A DNA stretch of 63,633 nucleotides, the filler included, from Chrysochromulina tobinii (taxonomy: Eukaryota), in the NCBI GenBank assembly GCA_001275005.1. It is 6 parts of 6 records of this genome, joined end to end, with 100 filler letters (N's around TTAATTAATTAA, not from the genome) between each part and the next. Parts side by side here need not be neighbours in the genome. Positions count along the whole stretch, not along the records: positions 41,438 to 54,053 come from JWZX01001067.1; positions 54,154 to 61,396 come from JWZX01001069.1; 4 more parts are not named here. One strand, written 5' to 3'. Position numbers and translations under genes: made by a program. Shown here piece by piece: positions 43,670 through 55,700 of this stretch; positions within the stretch are counted from its first letter, which is position 1; each line of letters begins with the position of its first letter. The notes below the pieces were generated by a model. That model had not been told where the DNA came from. It saw only the letters and a list, made by a program, of their open reading frames with translations, and ran no database searches.

Positions 43670-46600
43670 TCATAGGGCGCGCCGGTAGGCGCTCTGCTGA
43701 TTGATGGCTTCGAGTCGCGCTTGGAGGATCGCGTTCGCCTCGTGCAAGCGCGCGGCGCAGGTAGGCGGCGCCATCGCGAGCGCGTCCGTCTCGTGCATCG
43801 TCTCGTGCATCGCCGGTGTGGCCTGAGGAGTGCCCCCCCCCTGAGGTGTGGCCGGGCGAGTGGGGGCGGGTGTGGGGGCGGGTGTGGGGGCGGGTGTGGA
43901 GGCGGGTGTGGCCGGGACTGGCGCTCGGTACGGCGCTCGCAGAGGAAGGAGGCTCCTGGAAGGCGCCGTCGTGGGCGCGAGCGGCGGTGGTGGAGGCATC
44001 GGAGCGAGCGATGCGGGCGAGGGGTTCGTCGGAGCGAGGGCCGAACCCAAAGCACGGGCGCCATCGTGGGCGCCATGAGCCCCCGAAGGAGTGGGATAGG
44101 GTGTGGGATAGGGTGTGGGATACGGTGTGGGAGCTGCGCCTGGGCCCACGATCACGCCTGCGCCTTCGCCGGCAGCGTCCCCGAGGGGAAGCGCGCCGCT
44201 CGGGACGGCGCCTCCAAAGCCAAGCGCGCCGCTCGGGACGGCGCCTCCAAAGCCAAGCACGCCGCTCGGGACGGCGCCTCCAAAGCCAAGCACGCCGCTC
44301 GGGACGGCGCCTCCAAAGCCAAGCACGCCGCTCGGGAACGTGCGCACGATCGCGTCTGCCCGTCGCGCCGCCGCGAGCGCTTGCTTGAGGGTGCTCATCT
44401 CATGCTGCAGCGTGTCGTTCGAATGAGAGAGGCGCTCGATCACCTGATGAGGGAGGCAATCAGCATGCACTCATCTCATGCTGCAGCGCGTGTCGTTCGA
44501 TTCAGAGTCGAATGAGAGGGGCGCTCGGTACGGCGCTCGGTCACCTCGTTCTTCTGCTCGAGCTGCGCGCCCAAGACGGCGCGATCGGCCTCGTGTGAGG
44601 CACAGCTCGCCTCAAGCCTCTCGTCCGCCTGGGCACTGACCATCGCGCACAACGCCTCGCCCTCCTCCATCAAGCGTCGGCGCTCCGCCTCCATCTCGGC
44701 GCGCATCTCGGCTTGCATGCTGATGGCCTCCTCCATCAAGCGACGGCGCTCCGCCTCCATCTCGGCGCGCCACCACGCCGCCTCATGCTCGCGCTGCGCG
44801 GTGAGCGGGAGCACGACCGCGTCGTGCCGGGCGGCCTGCCACGTCAGCCGCTGCTCAAGCTCGCGCGATCTCGTCTCACTCGCGCCCAGTTCAATTTGGA
44901 GCAGCGCAATCTCGAGCGCAGCTCGGCCGCTGAGCGCTGCGTCGCCGCTCTGCTCGCGCTCCTCCGCCGCCGCCGCCGCGATCGCCTCCATCTCGCGCAC
45001 CTGATGAGGGAGGCAATCAGCGTGCACTCAGAGCGCTGTGGTGGGCGGCGATCGCCTCCATCTCGCGCACCTGGAACGCCGCCGTCGCCAGCTGCTGCCG
45101 TAGGGCGCGGCTCACTTGCGCCGCCTCGGCCGCCTCCATACGCGCTGTGCTGAGCGCGGCCTCGGCCACGGCGCGCTCCGTCAGAGCGCTGTGGTGGGCG
45201 GCGCGCGCCTCTTCTTCCGCAGCGCGCACCTGATGAGGGAGGCAATCAGCATGCACTCAGCGAGGCACTCTGAGAATAGCCCGTCCACCCCGAGGCGCGC
45301 CCCACCTGAATGAGGGAGGCAATCAGCATGCACTCAGCGCACCTCCGCTTGCAGAGCATCAAGCATCGCCGCGCCATCACGCCGATGCGCAAGCTCCCTC
45401 GCCTCATCCTCGCGTCGACGGCCCTCGTCGGCCACGCGCTGTACCGAGCGCTCCATTGCTCGCTCATGCCTCTCCTGCTGCAGCGCGAGCTCCGCCGCGC
45501 CCGCCTCGGCGTTGGCCGCGCCCGCCTCCACGCGCATCGCCTCCACAGCGGCCTCGGCGACGCGCACACGTCCCTCGAGAGCCCCCCGCGCCTCGGCCGC
45601 CTCCTGATGAGGGAGGTCATCAGCATGCAATCAGACTCAATTAGGCTGATGGGGTGAAGCTCCTGATGAGGGAGGCCATCAGCAGGCACTCAGCACACGA
45701 CCCTCGAGAGTCCCCCGCGCCTCGGCCGCCTCAGAGCAGGCACTCAGAGGCACTCGGAGGCACTCAGTGGGCACTCAGTGGGCACTTAGAGTGGGCACTC
45801 AGTGGGCACTTAGTGGGCACTCCGAGGCCCTCCGAGGCACTCAGTGGCGATCCCCAGAGAGTGGGCTCCTTGAGCGCCGTACTGAGCGCCTCGCGCGGCA
45901 AACAATGGCAACCTCAATCGCAATCCATCGCAATCCATCGCAATCCATCGCAATCCATCGCAACCCATCGCAATCCAGCGCACCTGGAGCGCCGTACTGA
46001 GCTCGGCCTTCGAGCTGCCCATCTGCGCCTGGGTCGCCTCGAGCTGCTGCAGCGCCTGCGCCAGCTGCGCCTGCGCGCGAGCTTGGGAGCTCAGTACGGC
46101 GCGAGCTTGGGAGCGAGGTCATCAATAGGTCATCAATAGGTCATCAATAGGTCATCAATAGGTCATCAAGAGGTCATTAACGAGACTCACCTGCGCGCGA
46201 GCTTGGGAGCGTGCTGCCTTGTCGCTCGCGCCGACGAGCCTCAATCGCTCCGCCTCCGCCTCGGCCGCCGCCTCCGCCGCCGCCTTCTCGGCCTCGGCCA
46301 GCCGCCGCTTGAGCCCCTCGCTCGCCTTCTCGGCCGCCTTCTTGCTCTGTCGTGCCTCCGCGAGACCGCTCGTCAAGAGGCAATTAACGAGACTCATCAA
46401 GAGGTCATCAAGAGGCAATTAACGAGACTCATCAAGAGGTCATCAAGAGGCAATTAACGAGACTCACCTGTCGTGCCTCCGCGAGACCGCTCGTCAAGAG
46501 GCAATTAACGAGACTCATCAAGAGGTCATCAAGAGGCAATTAACGAGACTCACCTGTCGTGCCTCCGCGAGACCGCTCGCCGCAGCGCCCTCCGCCGCAC

Positions 46601-48458
46601 GCTGTCGCGCCAGCGCCGCTTCGAGCGCCCGATCCAACGCTTGCGCACGAGCGCCCTCCGCCGCCGTCGCCGCCGTCGCCTCGGCGAGCGCCGTCTCGAG
46701 AGCCTGCACTTGCGCCTGCGCACGCGCCGTCTCGAGCGCATGTACCCGCGCCGTCTCGAGCGCATGTACACGCGCCGTCTCGAGTGCGCCCGAGACGGCG
46801 CTCTCAGCCTCGGCGATCGCCGCTGCCCAAGCGCACCCTTCTGCCGCCGCGCGCGCCGCCACCTCCGCCTGCGCCCGCGCGCTCAGTTGCATTTGGTCTC
46901 GGGCTTCGGCGACGGCCCCCGCACACGCATGCAGCGCGGCGCGCACCTGATGAGGGGGGCAGTCAGCATGCACTCAGCGAATGCAGCGCGGTTGCGCACC
47001 TGGCAGGCAGGCAGGCAGGCAGACAGCAGCTAGAGGCCATATGAAGAGGGCAGGCGGGTGGATGCCAGGCAACTCGCAACCAAAGGTCCGGCGGGTAGAT
47101 GTCCGTAGGTATACGTAGGTAGTGTAGGTAGCGGCCCCTCAGTGGCCATGGGCCGCAACCGCGCATGCATTCGCTGAGTGCATGCTGATTGCCCCCCTCA
47201 TCAGGTAGCGGCCCCTCAGTGGCCATGGGCGAGGCAGGCGATTGGGTGAGGCGCTCAAAAGGCCTGTGAGAGCGCCGTACTGAGCGCGCACCGTCCACCT
47301 GGCGGCACGCGCGCGCTGTGATCGCTGCAGCCGAAGCACGGCGCGCTCCTCTGCCTGCGCCGCCGCGACCGCCGCCTGCACCGCCCCAGCGAGCCGCGCC
47401 GCCACGAGCGAGGGCAGCGCAGCGGCGTGCTGCTGCTCACACGTCAGCTTGGCCGCGAGCACGGCCGCATCGAGCTCAAGCTTGGCGCGCGCCGCCATCG
47501 CCTGCAGCGACGCCTCGCGCTCGAGGTCCTTATCTCGCACGATCTCGCGCTCGAGCTTGCGGAGTGACTCGTCCCACTTGCGCGCGAGCGCCGCGTGGAG
47601 CGCCGCGTCGGGCACCTGCATGCACGGAGCGAGGCCATCGGTCGCCATCAGCCGCACTCACAGGCAATCAGGCGCACTCAGGCGCACTCAGTGGCGTGAG
47701 CGTGTGAGCGCCGTGTCGGGCACCGAGGGCGTGCGACGCCAGCTGCTGCCCTCAGCCGTGGCCGCCGCCGCCGCCGACAACGACGACGACGAGCAGTCGA
47801 ACGGCGCCGCGAGCGCCGCTGCCGTCGCCGCCGCCTCCCACTCAGCCTCGACGAGGTCACGATGGGCGGAGAGGTTTCCATACGACTCCCGCAGCGACTC
47901 GATAGCGACGACCGAGCGTGAGCGCGCGACCTCTGCCTCGTCCAGAAGGGTGTGCGGCGGCGCGAACGAGGCCGCCCTCAGCCGCAAAATCTCCGCCTCG
48001 TCGCGCTCCGCCTCGTCGCGAAGGTGCCTCAGCTGCAGCTCGCGGTCAGTGAGCACCTGCTGCATGCCGCGCTGCAGGCCAACGAGGTGCGCGTGCGACG
48101 CCTCGAGCGCGGAGAGTTCACCGGCGAGCGCATGGCACGCGGCGGCGTGCTGAGGCTGCGGAAGCGGCAAGGCCGATGGGCCCATGCGCCTCTCCTCATC
48201 GGGCTCGCCGCTGTCGTCGTGGGTGCTGCCGAGCGCCACGATGACGCCGTTGCACTGCTCGACAAAGGCGCCGAGATCGGCCTCGGAAGGTGCACCGCAC
48301 ACGAGTGTTGGCGCAATCTCACACATGCCGTTGAGGTGCTCGACGAGGCGGCGAATGGCAGTCGGCGTCATCGAAGCTCGGGCCGGTAGGCGGCCGGGAT
48401 GCCGTGCGTCCTGGTTTTGAGGCTGATCGTGAGAAAGAAAAGGGTTCACACGAGTCAT
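43670..48458 (-). CDS. Large coiled-coil protein, about 8 introns (44444-44544, 45001-45070, 45230-45342, 45604-45983, 46071-46190, 46347-46553, 46947-~47298, 47616-47723)
   Basis: Successive Ala/Glu/Arg-rich minus-strand ORFs separated by GT-AG segments; start uncertain; phase at 47298 needs a 1-nt correction or a different donor. Confidence 0.65.
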
Positions 48459-49414
48459 TGGACTCTGCTGGCGTGAGGCATGCGCGGAGTGCTCGGCCCT
48501 TTTAACCCACTGCCACTGCGTGCTCATAGTGTCTTAGATACAGGTCAAGATACAGGCAACAGGTCTCATCCCCAACTACAGAGATCATGTTGGGACGAGC
48601 CCCGGCGGGTTGTCTTCAACTCTTCAACACAAATGAACGAATTCGCGAAATATGACATATGTACATACATCTCACATGTATGTGAACCCCGTGGGAATTT
48701 CGTTACATGTAGAGTACGATGAGGCGATATGACGCTAATCTAGATTGATAAAATATGATCAATGATAATTGCGTGATGCGCGGACTTAAGCGCGGACCCG
48801 CGGTTGCCGGTTCTGCTGGGTTGAACCTTGAAGTTTGTGTTTGAACCGCTAATGGCCTAATCTTGAAGATGATCAGGGCGGCGCAGCATACAGTCTACGT
48901 ACCATGAAGATACAAGTTTTGTGATTTCATCGACCCTCTATGTCGCACATGTGTGTAGTTCCCGGTGTACGTGACGCCTCGCTCGCCCCCATGAGCCATG
49001 TGCTATGAACCCGATCAAACACGCCTCGAGGCCTCGTGCCAGCACCCTCCACTCGGCTCCGCGGCGACGCCACGCCGGCCGCCGCGGCGCCGCCCCCCGC
49101 CCGAACCCCCGCTCTCGCCGGTCCTTCGTACACACAGAGAGACAGCTGACAACACACACACACACACTGTTCATCTACGGCCCTGCGCGCGCGGGGTACG
49201 AGGCGCCCGGCGCGGCGCGGGGGCCAGCTCGAGTGCAGCAGAGGACGGCAAGAGGCCCCGACGGTACCGACTCGATCTCGACTCGATCTCCGAGAGATGC
49301 GAGGGTTATGCTTCCAAAGGGAGCGCGCACAGCGCCGTAAAGAGCACTTGCATGCGAGGGTGCTGCTTCCAAAGGGAGCTCGCCACAGCCAACCAGCATC
49401 CGCCGCAAGCGCTA

Positions 49415-50788
49415 TCATTGCTTGTATCGAACGCTGTCGACATTGACGCGGGCGCTGTCAATCTGCGCCTTGACCGTAGAGTTGGCCGCAAGGTTCCGAA
49501 GCGCGCGCGACGCATACAACCGTTGCTTCTCGGTGCCTGCTCGAGTGAGCCATACGAGGGCGGCGACGCCGCCCGCCTTCGCGATGGCGAGGCGGTTGGG
49601 ATCATTGTTGTCTGCGAGGTTCTTGAGCGCGCCAGCGGCGTTGACCTTTTGATGGTCCGTACCCGACGTGGCAAGCGCGACGAGCGGCGGGATGCCGCCC
49701 GCGTCGGCGATTGCGATCTTGTTCTCGGGGAGGTACGCGAGGTTGGCCAGCGCGGCCGCGGCGTTCGCCTTTTGAGGCTCTGTGCCCGAAACAGCGAGCT
49801 TGACCAAAGGCGAGAGGCCGCCCGCCTTTGAGATTGCGAGGTCGTTGGCGTCGTTGCTCGCGATGATCGCAAGGGCGCCCGCGGCGTGCTTCTTCTGATT
49901 CTCCGTGCCCTTGGCGCAAAGAGCGATGAGCGGCGCAAGGGCGCCCGCCGCGACGACCTCGTCGGCGCAGTGCCCAGCGAGGTTCCAAAGCGCCCCTGCC
50001 GCGTGTTCCTTCTGGTTCTCCGTGCCTGAAGCGACCAGATCGATGAGCGGCGCGAGGCCGCCCGCCTCGGCGATGGCCACCTGGTTGGGGAGGTCGTAGG
50101 CGAGATTCGCAAGCGCCTCCGCTGCCTGCTCTTTCTGGTGCTCAGAGCCCGACGTGGCGAGCGCGATGAGCGGCGCGAGGCCGCCCGCGGCCACAATGGC
50201 GAGCTGGTTGGTCTCGTTGTTGAGCGCGAGGTTCGCAAGCACCCGCGCCGCAGCCTCCTGCTGCTCTCCCGTCCCCGACGCGGTCAGCGCGATGAGCGGC
50301 GCGATGCCGCCCGCCTCGGCGATCCCGCCCCTTGTGGCATCACTGCCGGCGAGGTTCGCAAGCGCCCGTACCGCGGCCAGCTTTTGCGGATCCGTACCCG
50401 ACGAGGCCAGCGCGATGAGCGGCGCGATGCCGCCCGCCTCGGCGATGAGGGCCTCGTTGGCGGCGTTGTAAGCTAGTATCGCGAGCGCCCCCGCTGCATG
50501 CTCCTTTTGCAGCTCAGTGCCCATCGTGGCCAACTCGACGAGCGGCTTGATGCCATTCGGGTCGGCGATGGCGACGTCGTCAGCATCCTCGACGGTGAGG
50601 TCCGCAAGCGCGATGGCTGCCTTCTGCTGCTCCTCTTCCGTGCCTGTCGTGGCCAGCGCAATGAGCGGAGCGATGCCGCCCGCATCGGCAATCGCCTGCC
50701 GTGCTGCTATGCTCGCCGCCGAGAGCTGTCGCTGCTTTTTGACGGCGGTAGCCTCGCCCTGATTCTCCTTGGAGCCCTTGGCTCCCAT
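49415..50788 (-). CDS. Armadillo-repeat protein (Vac8-like) with N-myristoylation motif
   Basis: MGAKGS; about 10 repeats of IAEAGGIAPLIAL..SGT..QK..AA.AL.NLA. Confidence 0.9.
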   Translation of the reverse strand: MGAKGSKENQGEATAVKKQRQLSAASIAARQAIADAGGIAPLIALATTGTEEEQQKAAIALADLTVEDADDVAIADPNGIKPLVELATMGTELQKEHAAGALAILAYNAANEALIAEAGGIAPLIALASSGTDPQKLAAVRALANLAGSDATRGGIAEAGGIAPLIALTASGTGEQQEAAARVLANLALNNETNQLAIVAAGGLAPLIALATSGSEHQKEQAAEALANLAYDLPNQVAIAEAGGLAPLIDLVASGTENQKEHAAGALWNLAGHCADEVVAAGALAPLIALCAKGTENQKKHAAGALAIIASNDANDLAISKAGGLSPLVKLAVSGTEPQKANAAAALANLAYLPENKIAIADAGGIPPLVALATSGTDHQKVNAAGALKNLADNNDPNRLAIAKAGGVAALVWLTRAGTEKQRLYASRALRNLAANSTVKAQIDSARVNVDSVRYKQ

Positions 50789-51241
50789 CGGCACGCCCGA
50801 CTTCCGCGAATTATTGTTCCCCGTTTTTACCCTCTGCGGGACGCGGAGCACACGCGACAGGAAAGGGGTACGTGATTGGCGCCGTTCTCTTTCCGTCGGC
50901 GGCTTCGCCGCGAGTTTTGGAACGGACGAAACTCAAACTCGACCCAAATTGCAAAACACCGCGGCTTTATTTTTGGAGAACATTTTCATTAGCCGCGTGC
51001 TGCTCTACAAGGATCGTGCTGTATCGATACTCAAGGATCCTAATGCTTCACGACACCAACATTCCAACACATGTGTGTGTACTGTCGTGTGTGACTTTTC
51101 TAACACGTATCCGGATAGTTGGTATCGAATTCTGTGGCGTTTCGCGAAGGATCGTGCCATGGATCGCGTCGTGCCTTCTCTCGGATGAGTCATGTTGACT
51201 CTCACGACGAGTGGGGGCCCCGAGCCCAGCATGTGAATCTC

Positions 51242-51647
51242 TCAGATGCGCAGCATGCCGGGCACGGCCGAGCGCGGCGCGTCGGGATTGCACGTGGGCG
51301 CCATGTTGGGCGCCTCCATGCTCCCCGCCGCGCCGCCGCTGCAGCTGTCGGGGACGCGGCCGCCTGCTGTGGAAGCGCGGCCCCCGCCGTAGCCCATGCC
51401 GTCGCCCCCGCCATCGTCCTTACCATCGTCCCCTTCTTTGCGAAGCTCATCGTCGCTCAGCTGGTGCTTGCCTGCGTCGAGGTGGTGGTCATGAAAGTCG
51501 GCAGCGACGGAGAGGTTGGGAGCGGAGCTTGCAGAGGACCACCTCCACGGCTGCTCATGCACGATCGTACCGTCTGGGCGGGACGAGCGTTCCGTTTCGG
51601 AGGAATGATGGACGAAGCGACCGCTCATCTCGATGCTAACGGTAACG

Positions 51648-51678
<31 letters not shown>

Positions 51679-54053
51679 TGGGTATGGAGGTCGCTGCCAC
51701 CGCGACGCGGCCGCCCGCGTGTGGCTGCTGATGATGAGGCTCGTCTGCGGAGACCGTGCTCACGGACATGTTGCTGAGCCAGTTGTTGACGTCTTTGCGC
51801 CGCAGCTCGACTTGTCTACGCCTCGTCCACCAGCAGACCATCGCCAGGCAGCACAGCAGCCCAACAACCGCCGAGAGCACGCCGATGACGAGGATGGTGA
51901 TGGCGTCGCCATCGGCGCTGTTCAGCGCGCCCGGCGGCCGTTGCGGGGGCGGCGATGGCGAGTGCGAGGAAGGCGGCGGTGGCGGCAATGATGCGAGGTC
52001 CGCGACGGTGGGTGGCGTCACGATTGCAAGCACGGCGATCGAGATGCCGGTGACGCTCGCGAGCATGGCGGTCGCACTGCTCGCGCTGCTCGTCGCGCTG
52101 GCCATCGTCGACTGCACCGAGGCCGCCGCTGCCCTGGTCGTCTGGATGCTCACACCGACGACGACGCTGCCCGACGATAGAGTCAACTCCACCGCCGATG
52201 GGTCGACGCTCGCCCTCGCCGCGATTGCGCTCTTCATCTCGGTCCGCACGCTCGGGGTGAACGAGGAGACGTCGCCGGCGAGCTCGAGGGTGAATCTGAC
52301 CACGCTCATCGCCGGCGGCGAGGGCGGCGGCGAGGGCGAGGGTGGCGGCGGTGAGGGCGGCGGCGGCGAGGGCGAGGGTGGCGGCGGTGAGGGCGGCGGC
52401 GGCGGGCGGGGCAAAGGTCGAAGGAGGCGGCGGCGAGGGCGAGGGCGGTGGCGGCGAGGGCGGCGGCGGCGGCGGCAGGAAAGGCGAGGGCGGCGGCGGC
52501 GGGCTCGGATCGGGCGATGGCGGTGGTGGCGGTGGCCGCGAGGGTGGTGGAGGCGGTGATGGTTCGGGCGGCTGGGGGGAAGGTGGTGGCGGCGAGAATG
52601 GAGGTCGAGGAGGAGATGGCGGAAGCGAGGGGGAGGGCGGAGGCGGCGAGGGCGGAGGCGGGGATGGTGGCGGCGGCGAGGGCGGCGGTAGCGAAGGAGG
52701 GGGTGCCAAGCAAGTTGAGACTGTTCCTGAGAGGTCGGTGAGGCTCATTGCGTGTGAGCAGATGCTACCTCCTGAGACATAGACATTTTGCCCGACCCCA
52801 CCCGAAGCTGTGTTTGAGTGGATGCCGCTGGACACGAACGCGGCGACTGTGCTTGAGCCTGAGATAAAGACGCCACCTCCTTGGCGCGGGAAGCGCACGT
52901 CACCATTTCCAGCTTGATTGTTGGAAATGGTGACGTTGATGAAAGTGGTAGTGCCACCTTCAAGGCCGACTCCACCTCCAGCGTTGGAAGCCGCGTTGGA
53001 GAATATGGTGCACGATGAGCAAGTGACGTAACCACCACTGACCAAGACACCGCCGCCATTAGATGAGCATGAGTTGGAGTAGATGTTGGTCTCCGTGAAC
53101 GTCACGGCGCCACTAGAGATGGAGACGCCACCTCCCCTGCCATTGCCAGCTCCATTATTGCGAATGTTTACGTTTGTGAATGTGGTAGTGCCACCTCGAA
53201 TGCTGACTCCACCTCCATCATAATTCCAACCGGCTGAGTTGGAGTAGATGTTGGTCAGCGTGAACTGTACGGTGCCACCATGAATCAAGATGCCGCCGCC
53301 TTGATGCCATTCACCGCAACAATAATAGTTTTTGGGACCATTGAAGTGGATGTTGGACTGCATGAACTGCACGTTTCCGCTAGTGATACGGACGCCACCT
53401 CCCCCGGTTCCCTCATCAGCTCGATTGTTGTTAACATTCACGTTGGTGAATCGGGTCGTCCCACCTTGAATAAGGACTCCACCTCCCCCCTGATGGCCAG
53501 CCTGATTGCTATAAATATTCACGTTGGTGAATGTGGTAGTGCCACCTTGAATAAGGACTCCCCCTCCCCCTCCCCCTCCCCCTGAAGGGTCCCCATTCAG
53601 CCGGATATAGGACGGGTAATAAGACGCATCCCATGTCGCGAAGTAGCCCCCCGTAAGGTTGAGTCCGATGAGTTGCACGACGCCCGACGAGCCCGGGTTG
53701 ATGTTCAGCACACGGCGCTGTATCGAGTAGCTGGCTTGTGCGTTCAGGATGACCGAACCTACCACCGCCGCCTCGAGGATGACGCTCCTGGTGATGCTGA
53801 GCTCGGCGCTGAGGTAGTAAGTGCCGGGGGCTAGGACAATACGGCCGACGGAAGTGTTGGCAAGTGCATCGGTAAGGCTGGCGACGTCGCTTACCATAGG
53901 AGGCGGTGGCGGCGAGGGCGAGGGCGGCGGCGGCGATGGTGGCGGCGGTGGCGGCGGCGAAGGCGGCGGCGGCGATAACGGCGGCGGCGGTGAGGGCGAG
54001 GGCGGTGGCGGCGAGGGCGAGGGCGGCGGCTGTGAGGGGCAGAGGCAAAGGAG
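51242..54053 (-). CDS. Surface protein: pectin-lyase-like beta-helix (polymorphic membrane protein-like), SPPP linkers, SEA-like domain, TM; frameshift near 52410; 5'-truncated
   Basis: IVLAPGTY, repeated GGGVxI.GG..TFTNVNIYSN, VVRFTLELAGDV domain, TM ILVIGVLSAVVGLLCCLAMVCWW. Confidence 0.75.
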
Positions 54054-54153
54054 NNNNNNNNNNNNNNNNNNNNNNNNNNNNNNNNNNNNNNNNNNNNTTA
54101 ATTAATTAANNNNNNNNNNNNNNNNNNNNNNNNNNNNNNNNNNNNNNNNNNNN
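54054..54153. other. Assembly spacer
   Basis: N + TTAATTAATTAA + N. Confidence 0.97.
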
Positions 54154-54377
54154 TTCTATCCGGCCGTGTCGCTGCAGCCTGCACGCTGGCATGATCTGTT
54201 GACCTGACGATTCTATTTGCTGTGCAGACATCCTTCCACAGCAGACATCCTTACTTTTGGTCTGTACTACAGAAGGATGTCTGCACTACTCTTCGGTGGA
54301 AGGACTTCTGCACTACATCCCTTCCACAGACCACTCGGCTCGCAGGGCGGCTTAACCGTGATACGTGATACCATAGT

Positions 54378-55700
54378 CTATGACACTATGTCGTGTAGTT
54401 GGCTTCGGCGACCGGCTCCTTTCGGTCTTAGCCCCCGCTTAGGTAATGCGCGTTCTCTAGCCTGCTTGGCACGCTTCAACACATCGTTGAGTACCTTGCT
54501 GCTTCCCATCGTCTCGTTCGCCGCGAGTTGGATGCCTGAGGATTGCAGCTGCTGAGGCTTGCGTTGGGTCAGTGGGTAGCTCGTCGAGGGTCGCAACCTC
54601 GAAGATTCTGCGCTCAGCACGAGATCCCTGAGCTCCACATTGTCCGTCTCGTTTTCAACCTTGTCATATGTATTGAAGTACTCCATGGTACGAATCTGTT
54701 CAAAAAGAGGTGAGTCGGCAGCCCCTCGAGTCATCTTAACCCTCTTGTACCGCTCGCGTGCGAGGATGTTGTAGTGGTTCAGGAGCACGTGCTCGGGGTC
54801 GGGCTGCTGCCATCGTTTGTACAGGCTCTTCCCAATGAATGGATGGTGGATCCACATCCAAGTCAATGCGTGTGCTCGGACAATGTACTTGGTATTGAGG
54901 TCGGGATGTGATGGCTTCAACGACGCGCGTGTGAAGTTGAGGCGCACGCTGGGAGGTTGCACGACGTGGCCGCTGCTACCAAACATCTGCCAGTGCAGCA
55001 AGATGAGCGTCGATGTGCAGTCTGTCTTCTCCACGTGGCGAAGGTACGTTGGGATATCTGAGAAGCCAGAGCGTGGTGATACATACACGAACTCGTCTAC
55101 ATCAATTTCCAGCACCCATCGAGCGCGAGCTTGGAGGTGCTTCAGCCATGTATTGATGTGACGAGCTTGCTGGTGTCGCTCGTTTTCGGTTCGCACGGTG
55201 ACATGCTTGGCAAAAGGAGCCACGGCAGTTCGCCAGTCGTCCGTCGAGTTGTTGTCGATCAGGAAAAAGTGCTCGACGCCTTGCCACAGGTGGTGCTCGA
55301 GCCACTCGGACAAAACATCGGCCTCATTCCGGAAGATCGCAACCACAACGAGAAAGTGATGCTCTGATCCGATCGGAATCGCGCACAGCTTCTCAAGCGT
55401 GTATGGAGTCCATTCGTGGGTGACGTTGACGGTGGAGCCACACTTGCGTTGCCACGCCGAGGCAGTGTCAAGGCAAGAAGAAATCGTAGCGTCTGACCTG
55501 CCCCCTGACCATTCAGGATCGCCTAACAGATTGTGGCCTGGGCAACGACCAAAAGAGGAGAGCCGAAGCTGGCACACGCCGTTCGGTTCGCGAGCATACC
55601 TGATTCCATCTTCAGGCTTCTTGCGCATCAGCATCCAAAGGCACACGGCCGTGGTGACAGCAAGGACTGCGGTGGCGGCGAGCTGGCGCGTTGAGGGCAT
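54378..55700 (-). CDS. Type II membrane glycosyltransferase, GT-A fold (GT92/GT2-like)
   Basis: AIFRNEADVLSEWLEHH..GVEHFFLIDNNSTD, IDVDEF, WQMFGSSG, LNHY. Confidence 0.85.
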   Translation of the reverse strand: MPSTRQLAATAVLAVTTAVCLWMLMRKKPEDGIRYAREPNGVCQLRLSSFGRCPGHNLLGDPEWSGGRSDATISSCLDTASAWQRKCGSTVNVTHEWTPYTLEKLCAIPIGSEHHFLVVVAIFRNEADVLSEWLEHHLWQGVEHFFLIDNNSTDDWRTAVAPFAKHVTVRTENERHQQARHINTWLKHLQARARWVLEIDVDEFVYVSPRSGFSDIPTYLRHVEKTDCTSTLILLHWQMFGSSGHVVQPPSVRLNFTRASLKPSHPDLNTKYIVRAHALTWMWIHHPFIGKSLYKRWQQPDPEHVLLNHYNILARERYKRVKMTRGAADSPLFEQIRTMEYFNTYDKVENETDNVELRDLVLSAESSRLRPSTSYPLTQRKPQQLQSSGIQLAANETMGSSKVLNDVLKRAKQARERALPKRGLRPKGAGRRSQLHDIVS

